Below, piece after piece: positions 18,338 to 27,400 of a stretch of DNA of 59,262 nucleotides; within the stretch, counting starts at the first letter, position 1, and every line of letters starts with the position of its first letter. The translations under genes and the position numbers were made by a program. The notes under the pieces were generated by a model, which did not search any database, was not told where the DNA came from, and was given only the letters and a program-made list of their open reading frames with translations. Location: contig JBCCLI010000001.1 of the NCBI GenBank assembly GCA_039026975.1, positions 1 to 59,262 on the forward strand, written 5' to 3'. The DNA is from Bacteroidota bacterium (GTDB lineage: Bacteria; Bacteroidota; Bacteroidia; J057).

Positions 18338-21300
18338 ATGATGTCTTATCCCTCGCTCAACCAAAGCTACCGTTTAAGCATACTTCTGTTATGCCTGTGT
18401 ACACATAGCCTTTTTGGACAGTACCAGGTAAATGGTGATGCCGTTCAGATCACCCCTGAATGTTATGTTCTTACTCAAGACGGCCCTTTCTCCTCAGGAT
18501 CTGTCTGGTATTTGAACAAGGTAGACATAAGCAAATCTTTCGACGTTTACACAGATATTTTCTTAGGTAATAAAGATGCCAATGGGGCAGACGGGATCGC
18601 CTTTGTACTCCAGCCTGTCAGCACCAGTTTAGGGGAAGCCGGCCTGGACTTGGGGTATGGCGGTATAGTTCCCTCTGTAGCTGTAGAGTTTGATACCTAC
18701 CAAAATGTAGACAGGGCAGATCCCGCCTATGACCATGTAGCCATCATGAAAGAAGGGGTGGGCTTCCATAACACCACCGCCAATATGGCTGGCCCAGTGA
18801 GAATCATTCCCGGTGTAGATAATGCTGAAGATGGTCAGATCCACAGCGTGAGAATTAATTGGAATGCTGTGAGCCAAGAACTATCCGTATACGTAGACTG
18901 TGTACTCCGAACCACTGCCAATAGGGATTTAGTCAAGGATGTATTTGGAGGGAACCCCGAGGTTTTCTGGGGATTTACGGGCGCTACCGGTGGCCTCAGC
19001 AACATCCATAATTTCTGCTTGAAGTATGTATCTTTCACGGAAGAATTAGTAGACACAACCATCTGTAAAGGGGAAAGTACCACCCTAAATGGGGGTACTG
19101 GATCAGGGAACACCTTTTCATGGTCTCCTGCTACCGGACTGAATAGTACCGTCATTCCTAATCCAATAGCTTCTCCAGATGTTACTACCACCTATTATTT
19201 AGAAGTAACTGACTTCTGTGGATTTAAAAGATATGATACCGTAACGGTATCCGTGTCTGAGCCTGTAGTAGAAGCAGGCCCTGATAGTAGTGTGTGTGAA
19301 GGGAGGCTTATCAGGCTCCAAGGTAGTGGAAACGGTTCCCCTCAATGGTCGCCTACAGTGAGCTTAATCAACCCGAATACCTTCACCCCATTTGCCTTTC
19401 TCAACCAATCAAGAACCTATACCCTGACGGTAACTGATTCCATAGGCTGTACGGCCTCTGATACCGTTTCTATACAATTTAATCCCCTACCTGATATAGG
19501 ACTGACACCTGATACGGCTATTTGTGCAGGGGATAGCGCTACCCTCTCTGCTGGAGGCGGTATCCAGTATAGCTGGTCTCCTGCTACTGGATTAAGTGAT
19601 CCTACTATCCCTTCCCCTACAGCCTCTCCTGGTACAAGTACTACCTATGGAGTGGTAGTAACAGATGCTAACGGCTGCGTAAATACGGAAAATATGCGAC
19701 TGACCGTTAATGCCCTTCCTGTAGCTAATGCGGGAGATGATCAGGAAATATGTGATGGGACTACTGCTAGTCTTTCAGCTAGTGGCGGCTCCTCTTATGA
19801 GTGGTCCCCTACTCCTTTTCTATCTGACCCTACTATCCAAAATCCCATAGCCTCGCCGCTTATCACTACTATTTATTCTGTGGAGGTAACGGATGGAAAT
19901 GGATGTACAGACAGTGATAGTATTCAAATAACTGTACTCCCTACCCCCATTGCAAACGCAGGAACTGATACTAGTTACTGTTCGGGAGAATCTGTACGCC
20001 TGCTTGCCAGTGGTGGAGTAAGTTATGATTGGACTCCGGCTATAGACCTGGATAATCCAGCTTCCGCTACTCCTACTGTTTTTACGGAAGAAAGTAGGTG
20101 GTATCAGGTACGGGTGAGGGATGTAAATGAGTGTGAAGATATAGATAGCTTATTTATCAGCGTATTTGAGTTGCCCTCAGTCTTGGTTTCTCCAGACACT
20201 AATATTTGTGCGGGCGACAGTATTTCCCTTCTGGCTGCTGGAGGCCTCAGCTACGCCTGGACCCCTAGTGTAGGACTTTCAAATCCCAACATAGCCAGTC
20301 CCATGGCCTCCCCAGCCACCTCTACAAATTACCTAGTGAGCGCCTTGGATGCTAATGGATGTGAAAATACAGCTGATATTTCCGTGGTAGTAAATCCTCT
20401 TCCCGAGGCTGATGCTGGAGAAGACCAAGCTATTTGTCCGGGAGGTAGCGCCCTCTTAGCAGCAAGTGGCGGTATTTCTTATTCCTGGAAACCGGAGAAC
20501 CTACTCTCCGATCCTACTGGTCAGAACCCGACGGCTACGCCAAGAGATACTAGTGCTTTTATTCTCACGGTAACAGATGAGAACGGTTGTCAAGATACTG
20601 ACTTGGTACTGGTAAATGTCCTACAGAATCCTGATGCTGACGCTGGGCAGGATACTAGTTATTGTGAAGGAGAATCTATCAGGTTAGAAGCTACAGGAGG
20701 TGTATTTTATGAGTGGAGTCCTGCCTCTGGGCTGGATGATCCTACTATTTTTGATCCCCTATTAGGAGAAGCTAATGAAGGGTGGTATGCGGTAACGGTT
20801 AGAGACTTAAATGACTGTACAGATACTGACAGTGTATTCATCACCCTACAACCTAAACCCGAGCTAGATGCAGGAACTGATCAAAGCATTTGTATAGGTC
20901 AGCAAGCCCAATTAGTGGCCACTGGAGTGGGGCAATTTTCCTGGAGCCCTGGATTTCTCTTATCGGATGCTGGCATAGCTACGCCCACTACCTCGCCTAC
21001 CCAATCTCAACAATTCACCCTAACTATAACCGATAACAATGGGTGTAGTAACCAGGATTCTACCGTGGTAACCGTTAATGCGTTGCCTGTGATTACCGTA
21101 AGTGAGAACCAAAATATTTGTGAAGATGATGAGATAAGTATTTCTGCTAGTGGCGCTAGCGTATACAGATGGATCCCTACGGAAGGCTTAAGTAATAACG
21201 ATCAAGCTACTATTCTAGCTTCTCCCAGCCAAAGCACTACCTATACCGTTATAGGAATAGATCAGTTTGGATGTGTAGATAGCGCCAGTCTATCCATATC

Positions 21301-22042
21301 AGTAACACCTAAGCCTATAGCAGATGTCATTGGCTTTCTGGAAGTTTGCCCGGATGAGGAGTTTGAACTGCTAGCTACTGGTGGAGATACCTATCTGTGG
21401 AGTACAGGTGCCCAGGCAGTCTCACTTTCTACTAGCATACAAAATACCACTACATTTTGGGTCATCCCCTTCCAAAATGGGTGTGCGGGAGACACCGCAG
21501 CGGTAGAAGTAAGCCTATTCAATAATCTGCCCCTAGCTGCTTTCTCCCTGGATACGGATAGAGCCTATTTTCCTGCAGAAATTACCCTTACTAATGAAAG
21601 CATCAATGCAGTCAGTTTTGAATGGGATATGGGAGATGGTACTACCTATGTTAATTCTGATCCGCTGCATACCTATTCTACACCAGGAACTTATACAGTA
21701 CAACTTACCGCAACCGGAGACAATGGCTGTACCAATATTTCTCTCCCTCAAATCATTGAAATTCTTAACTCTGGTCTGTTTACGCCTAATGCTTTTTCAC
21801 CGAATGGGGATGGTGATAATGATCTATACCTAATTTCAGCAGGTGCCTTAGCAGCTTTCCAGTTTACTATTTTTGATAGATGGGGGCGGAAAGTGCTTGA
21901 AAGTCAAGATCCTGAATTTAGGTGGGATGGCACCCTGAATGGTCAGCCTGTTCCTGAAGGTAACTACGTATTTTCCCTCAAAGGAACCACCCTGGAAGGA
22001 AAATCCATAGATAGGATGGGTTCTATTCTCCTGGTAAGATAA
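18338..22042 (+). CDS. giant cell-surface adhesin: L-type (legume-like) lectin domain + 11 Cys-containing Ig-like repeats + PKD domain + T9SS type-B (CHU_C/gliding-motility) C-terminal sorting domain
   Basis: 1234-aa ORF with a signal peptide. Lectin blocks are GADGIAFVLQP, VAVEFDTYQN and FWGFTGATGG (aa ~28-233). There are 11 repeats of ~75 aa (C-x-G...L-x-A-x-GG-x-Y-x-W-x-P...TD-x-NGC). The PKD-like block is FEWDMGDGT...HTYSTPGTYTV. The C-terminus reads FTPNAFSPNGDGDNDLY...IFDRWGRKV...WDG...VPEGNYVF. Confidence 0.8.
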   Translation: MMSYPSLNQSYRLSILLLCLCTHSLFGQYQVNGDAVQITPECYVLTQDGPFSSGSVWYLNKVDISKSFDVYTDIFLGNKDANGADGIAFVLQPVSTSLGEAGLDLGYGGIVPSVAVEFDTYQNVDRADPAYDHVAIMKEGVGFHNTTANMAGPVRIIPGVDNAEDGQIHSVRINWNAVSQELSVYVDCVLRTTANRDLVKDVFGGNPEVFWGFTGATGGLSNIHNFCLKYVSFTEELVDTTICKGESTTLNGGTGSGNTFSWSPATGLNSTVIPNPIASPDVTTTYYLEVTDFCGFKRYDTVTVSVSEPVVEAGPDSSVCEGRLIRLQGSGNGSPQWSPTVSLINPNTFTPFAFLNQSRTYTLTVTDSIGCTASDTVSIQFNPLPDIGLTPDTAICAGDSATLSAGGGIQYSWSPATGLSDPTIPSPTASPGTSTTYGVVVTDANGCVNTENMRLTVNALPVANAGDDQEICDGTTASLSASGGSSYEWSPTPFLSDPTIQNPIASPLITTIYSVEVTDGNGCTDSDSIQITVLPTPIANAGTDTSYCSGESVRLLASGGVSYDWTPAIDLDNPASATPTVFTEESRWYQVRVRDVNECEDIDSLFISVFELPSVLVSPDTNICAGDSISLLAAGGLSYAWTPSVGLSNPNIASPMASPATSTNYLVSALDANGCENTADISVVVNPLPEADAGEDQAICPGGSALLAASGGISYSWKPENLLSDPTGQNPTATPRDTSAFILTVTDENGCQDTDLVLVNVLQNPDADAGQDTSYCEGESIRLEATGGVFYEWSPASGLDDPTIFDPLLGEANEGWYAVTVRDLNDCTDTDSVFITLQPKPELDAGTDQSICIGQQAQLVATGVGQFSWSPGFLLSDAGIATPTTSPTQSQQFTLTITDNNGCSNQDSTVVTVNALPVITVSENQNICEDDEISISASGASVYRWIPTEGLSNNDQATILASPSQSTTYTVIGIDQFGCVDSASLSISVTPKPIADVIGFLEVCPDEEFELLATGGDTYLWSTGAQAVSLSTSIQNTTTFWVIPFQNGCAGDTAAVEVSLFNNLPLAAFSLDTDRAYFPAEITLTNESINAVSFEWDMGDGTTYVNSDPLHTYSTPGTYTVQLTATGDNGCTNISLPQIIEILNSGLFTPNAFSPNGDGDNDLYLISAGALAAFQFTIFDRWGRKVLESQDPEFRWDGTLNGQPVPEGNYVFSLKGTTLEGKSIDRMGSILLVR
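19049..21526 (+). repeat. 11 tandem, diverged ~225-nt coding repeats (Ig-like adhesin modules) inside the adhesin gene
   Basis: Protein-level periodicity of repeat starts: ICKGES, VCEGRL, ICAGDS, ICDGTT, YCSGES, ICAGDS, ICPGGS, YCEGES, ICIGQQ, ICEDDE, VCPDEE. The DNA copies are diverged, with no long identical stretches seen. Confidence 0.75.
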
Positions 22043-22045
22043 AGG

Positions 22046-22717
22046 CTATTTCTTAAGGGGCTTTCTAGAGGCAAAAATCACAGAAATCTCTACACTTAGC
22101 ATCCTCATTCTCCCGCCATTAAAATTATCAACATTAGGATTTTTGAGTACGTTGCTGACCCCTACGTGATAGTAGATACCTGTATTTATATACCCGAAAT
22201 TAGAAGTAAAACTGACGGCTGTACCAAATGGTAAATGAAAATACCAGTCATTAATATCTTTATCTTCTATCTCTTGAAAGCCACTTGCTGTCCACCTATA
22301 TCCCAGAATAGCGCCTATTCTAGGATGAAGTATCCCAAATCTTGGACCTGCCTTAAGGTCAAGTTCAAATGCACCTAACCCGCTTATGGTCTGATCATCT
22401 CCAAAGTCTTGCATAATGACGGGTAATCCATCTCCTGCAGGGTCCTTAAAGATCACATTCATGCCTAGTTCTACTCCGCTATTCTCTTTATACTGGCTCC
22501 AAAAGACTCCCAGTCCGCCAGAGCTAAACCAGCTATCTATCAATCCTACTTCTTCTGGCTGATGGAAATAATGAAAATTACCTATAAACCTGACCCCCAC
22601 TCCATTCTGGGCCTGGAGGAAACTCATTCCCCAAAAGAGGAGAAACATAAAGATGATGAAGGGCTTCCTGGTACGCCAAGAAAGGGTATTCTCCTGAAAA
22701 AAAGATAGCAAGTTCAT
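22046..22717 (-). CDS. small outer-membrane beta-barrel protein (paralogue 1 of a tandem pair)
   Basis: 223 aa with a signal peptide ending ...FLQAQ and alternating-hydrophobic strands. It is collinear with the next ORF (GVRF..NF.YF; G.LG.F...YK; PL/PVIMQDF.D.Q; GPR/SIGI..P.IG..LGYR; LPFG; YY.G.SNV.K). Confidence 0.5.
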   Translation of the reverse strand: MNLLSFFQENTLSWRTRKPFIIFMFLLFWGMSFLQAQNGVGVRFIGNFHYFHQPEEVGLIDSWFSSGGLGVFWSQYKENSGVELGMNVIFKDPAGDGLPVIMQDFGDDQTISGLGAFELDLKAGPRFGILHPRIGAILGYRWTASGFQEIEDKDINDWYFHLPFGTAVSFTSNFGYINTGIYYHVGVSNVLKNPNVDNFNGGRMRMLSVEISVIFASRKPLKK

Positions 22718-22726
22718 AGGTATTCG

Positions 22727-23353
22727 TTAACGGATTCTGGAACCTTTAGGATCGTAGGCCACTGTCAGCTCTATATTTAAGGCTCTTATCCTACCCTGCC
22801 CATTTCTATTCCCTGAACCTTTGATCACATTACTAATTCCTAGGTAGTAAGATGCGCCAACCCCTACTGAACCAAAACTAGTGGGTAAGTCAAAGGAGAA
22901 CCCAAAGGGTAGGGCAAAGTAAGTCCTGGTGATTTCTCCCTGCCCTGTGGTTTGGAAATTATCTGCCTGTAGCCGGTACCCCAGGACGTAGCCTATCTTA
23001 GGATTAAATATGCCGATGCTGGGTCCTGCCCTGAAGTGAGCCTCTACTGCGGTAAGACCTACACTCTGGGCATCATTAAAATCTTGCATGACCAACGGAA
23101 GGTTAGGAAATAGGCCGCTGTCATCAGCCGACTTATGAATAATGTTTATGCCAGCCTCTATTCTGCTATCAGATTTATAACGAGCTACAAAAAAACCTAA
23201 GACCCCTGTGGAAAAAAAGTCCTCCGCTAGTCCCAAAGATTGGGCATCTGGAAAATAATTGAAATTAGATGCGAAACGGACCCCTAACTCAGTTTGAGCT
23301 AACACCTGAGAAAATAGCATACAACATGTTATGAAGAGTCCTGTTACTCTCAT
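22727..23353 (-). CDS. small outer-membrane beta-barrel protein (paralogue 2 of a tandem pair)
   Basis: 208 aa with a signal peptide ...VLAQ. It shares its motif order with 22046-22717, and the gap between the two genes is 9 nt. Confidence 0.5.
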   Translation of the reverse strand: MRVTGLFITCCMLFSQVLAQTELGVRFASNFNYFPDAQSLGLAEDFFSTGVLGFFVARYKSDSRIEAGINIIHKSADDSGLFPNLPLVMQDFNDAQSVGLTAVEAHFRAGPSIGIFNPKIGYVLGYRLQADNFQTTGQGEITRTYFALPFGFSFDLPTSFGSVGVGASYYLGISNVIKGSGNRNGQGRIRALNIELTVAYDPKGSRIR

Positions 23354-23535
23354 GAAGTAAAAGATGACAGTGTGGTAAAGAAAGTGCGAAAAAGCTTGAA
23401 TAAAAAGAGCTTGTAATCAGGTAGTGGCTCTAATCATAGAGAAAAGAAGTATGCTGTTGATTAAAGTCAATATACTAAATTCCTCGAAGGGGCCAATGCT
23501 AAAAATTTCCCTTCCTATATATCCCCTATCAAGTG

Positions 23536-24939
23536 TCAGGCTTTCAGATACTTAGGAGCGATCTGGTGCATAAATTCTATAGCAGCTGACCGATCATTAG
23601 GGATAACCCCTTCCAGAATAGCTTCTCTTATCTCTTGTTTGATCTGCCCTACTTCCCTACCTGGCCCAATATTAAATGTCTCCATAATGGTATTTCCATC
23701 TACAGGAGGTTGCCAGTTTCTTAGGTGATCTCTTTCTTCTACTTCTCTGATGCGACTTTCCAGCATCTCATAGTTAGTGAGAAACTGCTTTACCTTACGT
23801 TCATTACGGGAGGTGATATCACATCTACAAAAATCCAATAGATCATCCAGATCTTTTCCTGCCTCTACTATCAGCCTCCTGATGGCACTATCACTCACTT
23901 CCTCATTCACTAAGGCTATGGGCCGCTGATGCAGTTTAACCAATTTCTGCACATACTTCATTTTCTCATTCAGCGGCAGCTTAAGCCTCCTGAAGATACG
24001 AGGAACCATTCTTGCCCCTTTATCTTCATGGCCATGGAAGGTCCAGCCTAACTGCGCATCATAGCGTTTCGTTAGGGGCTTGGCAATATCATGTAACAGG
24101 GCCACCCAGCGCATCCAGAGGTGCCCCTCTATGCTACTGACATTATCTAGCACCTTTAGGGTATGGTAAAAGTTATCTTTATGTCCTCTCCCATTGACGT
24201 ACTCTACCCCATACATAGCTGCAAGCTCTGGAAAGAATAGCTCCAGTAAGCCTGTTTTAAACATGAGGTCCAGCCCTCTGGATGGGGTACTAGCCATAAG
24301 TGTCTTATTGAGCTCCTCATGAATACGCTCCATAGAAATAATCGAAAGCCTGGAGCTATTTCGCTTAATGGCCAGATAAGTCTCCTCCGAAATGCTAAAG
24401 TTTAGGCGAGTGGCAAAGCGGATAGCCCGCAGCATTCTCAGTGGATCATCAGAGAAGGTTATATCGGGATCAGTCGGGGTACGGATCAGTCCATTTTTTA
24501 GGTCCTCCACCCCATTGAAGGGATCATGTAGCTTTCCAAAACTAGCTGATTGGAGGGAGATGGACAGCGCGTTTACGGTGAAGTCCCGTCTGAGTTGGTC
24601 ATCTTCCAGGCTTCCCTCTTCTACCACGGGCTTACGAGAACTACGCTGGTAGCTTTCCTTGCGGGCTCCTACAAACTCCACTTCATACTCCCCTGCTTTC
24701 ACCATGGCCGTACCAAAATTTTCAAAGATAATGACTTCCTTAGCCCCCACTATATCCGCAAAAGCCTGGGCTAATTCTATGCCTCTTCCTTCCACCACTA
24801 CATCTATATCCTTACTTGTGGTACCAAGCAAGAAATCCCTTACATATCCTCCAATGACATAGGAGGATAGGCCTGTTTTCTGACTAGCTGCCTGTATATC
24901 TATAAATACCTGATCAGAAACCGCTTCCTTAACAAACAT
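23536..24939 (-). CDS. CCA-adding/poly(A) polymerase family tRNA nucleotidyltransferase with an HD domain
   Basis: GGYVRDFLLG...KDIDVVV, RRDFTVNAL, DPLRMLRAIRFA, and an HD region LLHDIAKP...HGHEDKG. Confidence 0.8.
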   Translation of the reverse strand: MFVKEAVSDQVFIDIQAASQKTGLSSYVIGGYVRDFLLGTTSKDIDVVVEGRGIELAQAFADIVGAKEVIIFENFGTAMVKAGEYEVEFVGARKESYQRSSRKPVVEEGSLEDDQLRRDFTVNALSISLQSASFGKLHDPFNGVEDLKNGLIRTPTDPDITFSDDPLRMLRAIRFATRLNFSISEETYLAIKRNSSRLSIISMERIHEELNKTLMASTPSRGLDLMFKTGLLELFFPELAAMYGVEYVNGRGHKDNFYHTLKVLDNVSSIEGHLWMRWVALLHDIAKPLTKRYDAQLGWTFHGHEDKGARMVPRIFRRLKLPLNEKMKYVQKLVKLHQRPIALVNEEVSDSAIRRLIVEAGKDLDDLLDFCRCDITSRNERKVKQFLTNYEMLESRIREVEERDHLRNWQPPVDGNTIMETFNIGPGREVGQIKQEIREAILEGVIPNDRSAAIEFMHQIAPKYLKA

Positions 24940-25117
24940 AAACTCGCTTCGCCTTCTAGTTATCAGTCTTCCCCTTTGCTAGTGGGTATAGGCTTATTAC
25001 CCTTCCACCACAAATAGGAATAACACCCTACAAAAGTAGAATTTATCTGGAAATTACGTAGCAGCTACAGAAGTAGGATCAACTTGTTTGTTGATAGAAT
25101 TGTCGTACTTTCCCTAT

Positions 25118-26116
25118 ATGAAAGTTGTGATTCCTGTAGCAGGTATGGGCTATAGACTAAGACCTCATACACATACCCAGCCTAAACCCCTTATTCCTGT
25201 GGCGGGGAAACCCATTCTGAGCCATATCATAGATAATTTAATCGAAGCTGGCATACGGGAATTCATTTTTGTGGTGGGATATTTAAAAGAAAAAATTCAG
25301 GACTATGTCCAGACCCACTACCAGGATAAAATTGATCTCTCTTTTGTAACACAAGAACCTAGAAGGGGCTTGGCACATGCCATTTGGTCTGCGGCTCCTC
25401 TCCTACAGGAAGAGGAAGAGATCCTCATCATACTAGGAGATACCATATTTTACAGTGATACTATAGCAGAAGTCCTTAAAAGAGAGGGAGGCATTCTAGC
25501 TGTACAAGTAGTGGATAATCCCAGGGAGTTTGGCATAGCCATACTGGATGAGTCTTCCCACGTAAAAAGCCTTAAAGAAAAGCCTCAGATTCCCATAAGT
25601 AACCTCGCCCTGGTGGGTCTTTACAAAATTCCACAGGTACCCAAGCTGCTACAATCTCTAGATGAGATGATGGAAAAGCCCAAAAGTAAGCAGAAAGAAT
25701 ACGATCTTACAGATGCACTCATGCTCATGATCCAAAAGGAGGTTTCCTTCAGGTCTATGTCAGTAGAAAACTGGTTTGATTGTGGGCGGAAGCAAACGTT
25801 ATTGCAGACTAATAGGATACTGCTGGAGCGCATGGAAAGCTTCCCTGACTACCAATACCACAACACTGTCATCATTCATCCTATTCACATTGCTGCTGGC
25901 TGTAAGATTGAGAATTCTGTCATAGGCCCATATGTAGCCGTAGCTGAGAATACCCATATTTGTAATTCTGTCATCCAAAACTCTATCCTAGGTGCTTACT
26001 CGGACCTGAATTCTATCATTCTCAGCAGCTCTGTCATAGGAAATGATACCAGTCTAAAGGGTAAGTCTAACAGCATCAGTATAGGGGATAATGCGGACAT
26101 AGATTTCAACCAATGA
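25118..26116 (+). CDS. sugar-1-phosphate nucleotidylyltransferase with a C-terminal left-handed beta-helix domain
   Basis: MKVVIPVAGMGYRLRPHTHTQPKPLIPVAGKPIL (GxGxR...K signature), GLAHAI, ILGDTIF, and C-terminal hexapeptide-like I/V-x-x-x-x-I repeats. The ATG at 25118 is preferred over the TTG at 25088. Confidence 0.8.
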   Translation: MKVVIPVAGMGYRLRPHTHTQPKPLIPVAGKPILSHIIDNLIEAGIREFIFVVGYLKEKIQDYVQTHYQDKIDLSFVTQEPRRGLAHAIWSAAPLLQEEEEILIILGDTIFYSDTIAEVLKREGGILAVQVVDNPREFGIAILDESSHVKSLKEKPQIPISNLALVGLYKIPQVPKLLQSLDEMMEKPKSKQKEYDLTDALMLMIQKEVSFRSMSVENWFDCGRKQTLLQTNRILLERMESFPDYQYHNTVIIHPIHIAAGCKIENSVIGPYVAVAENTHICNSVIQNSILGAYSDLNSIILSSSVIGNDTSLKGKSNSISIGDNADIDFNQ

Positions 26117-26436
26117 TTTATCATTTAACTTCACACAGCCAATGGCTGGAAGCCCTTAATAAGGGTATTTACCTCCATGAAAGCCTGAAATTAGAAGGAT
26201 TCATTCACTGTTCCACCAAAGAACAACTCATTCCTACGGCTACTCTCCATTTCAAGGGGGAAACTGAGCTTGTCATTCTGGAAATAGTGGAGAAAAGAGT
26301 AAAGGATATTCTCAAATGGGAAGAAAGTCGTGAGGGAGATCTTTTCCCGCACTTATATGGAAAATTATCTCTTACTGCTGTGGAAAATACGCATCTACTT
26401 GAGCGAAATAAGGCTGGAGAATGGCTGTGGGCCTAG
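26113..26436 (+). CDS. DUF952 family protein
   Basis: 107 aa; MIYHLTS...W......Y....L..EGFIHCST..QL......HF......LVIL.I.......KWE......LFPHLYG.L matches my memory of DUF952. Its start overlaps the upstream stop (ATGA at 26113-26116). Confidence 0.7.
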   Translation: MIYHLTSHSQWLEALNKGIYLHESLKLEGFIHCSTKEQLIPTATLHFKGETELVILEIVEKRVKDILKWEESREGDLFPHLYGKLSLTAVENTHLLERNKAGEWLWA

Positions 26437-26437
26437 C

Positions 26438-27367
26438 TCAGGCTTTAAGTCTTTCCCACACGTACTCATAGAAAATATCCTTCTTCACATCTATCGCTAT
26501 TTGAACGAGCTTCCCTTCTGGGTCCAAGAGAGTTTGTCCAGCATTAGGTACCCTATCACTGACCGTACAGCGAACCGTTTCCAGGGTAAAGATATCTGGA
26601 AGGGCTAAGTAGCTGGTAGCCAGCATATCCCACATAAAGTAGGTATAATGATAAGAGGGAATAGTATCTACTGTCAGGGCCCATAGCTGGCCAGCTAGGT
26701 GAGAAAGGGGGGAGTCTATTTGTTCTGCTAATCTGGCCAGGAAGGCTTTATTCACTGGAACCTGATTAGTAACATCCAGGGGGACCATAATTAAGGGCAG
26801 CTCCATTTCTACCAGCTTGCGAGAATTTACAGGATCCCAGTATACATTCCACTCTGCGGACCCGTCATGCTGGTAGGTTTGCACATTACCCTGGGTACGG
26901 AATGCGCCTGCCATCCACACTATTTGTTTGATTTTCTGCCTACAGGCAGGTTCTTTCTCTAGTGCCCTGACCAAATTAGCACAAGGTCCTGTCATCAGTA
27001 TGCTTACTGGCTCTGAGGCTGAGAGTAATTGTTGGATGATCAAGTGGGCAGCTTCCGGATACGCATAAGGGTCAGGAGGGGCAGGAAGGTTGATCAGCAT
27101 AGGGAGAGAGTTAATGACTTCCGGCCTGGCTCTCCACTCATTAGGAAAAGCGTTTATCCCGTAATAATCTCCTCTACCCAAGGGAATATGCTCCTGCTGC
27201 ATAAACTGACAGAGCTTATAGGCGCTTTCCATGGCCGGTTCTATGTAGCAATCCGCCGGAGTTACGCTTATACCCAAAATCTCTTTATTCTCCATGCGCA
27301 TAAGCAGCATCTGGGACAGTAAATCATCTATGGCCCCATCGTGGTCCATTAATACAAGCTCTTTCAT
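26438..27367 (-). CDS. nucleoside hydrolase (IUNH family)
   Basis: N-terminal DxDxxxDD-type motif (LMDHDGAIDDL), 309 aa, later ...TGPCANL... and ...WDPV... blocks. Confidence 0.75.
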   Translation of the reverse strand: MKELVLMDHDGAIDDLLSQMLLMRMENKEILGISVTPADCYIEPAMESAYKLCQFMQQEHIPLGRGDYYGINAFPNEWRARPEVINSLPMLINLPAPPDPYAYPEAAHLIIQQLLSASEPVSILMTGPCANLVRALEKEPACRQKIKQIVWMAGAFRTQGNVQTYQHDGSAEWNVYWDPVNSRKLVEMELPLIMVPLDVTNQVPVNKAFLARLAEQIDSPLSHLAGQLWALTVDTIPSYHYTYFMWDMLATSYLALPDIFTLETVRCTVSDRVPNAGQTLLDPEGKLVQIAIDVKKDIFYEYVWERLKA

Positions 27368-27400
27368 ATGGGAGGAATTTAGGCAAGCAAGTTATACTTA

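Noticed and set aside
18338-22042. The repeat-rich adhesin as a target of a diversity-generating retroelement or as a recombination cassette array.
   Set aside because: The window has no reverse transcriptase and no template-repeat/variable-repeat pair. The repeats are diverged at the DNA level.
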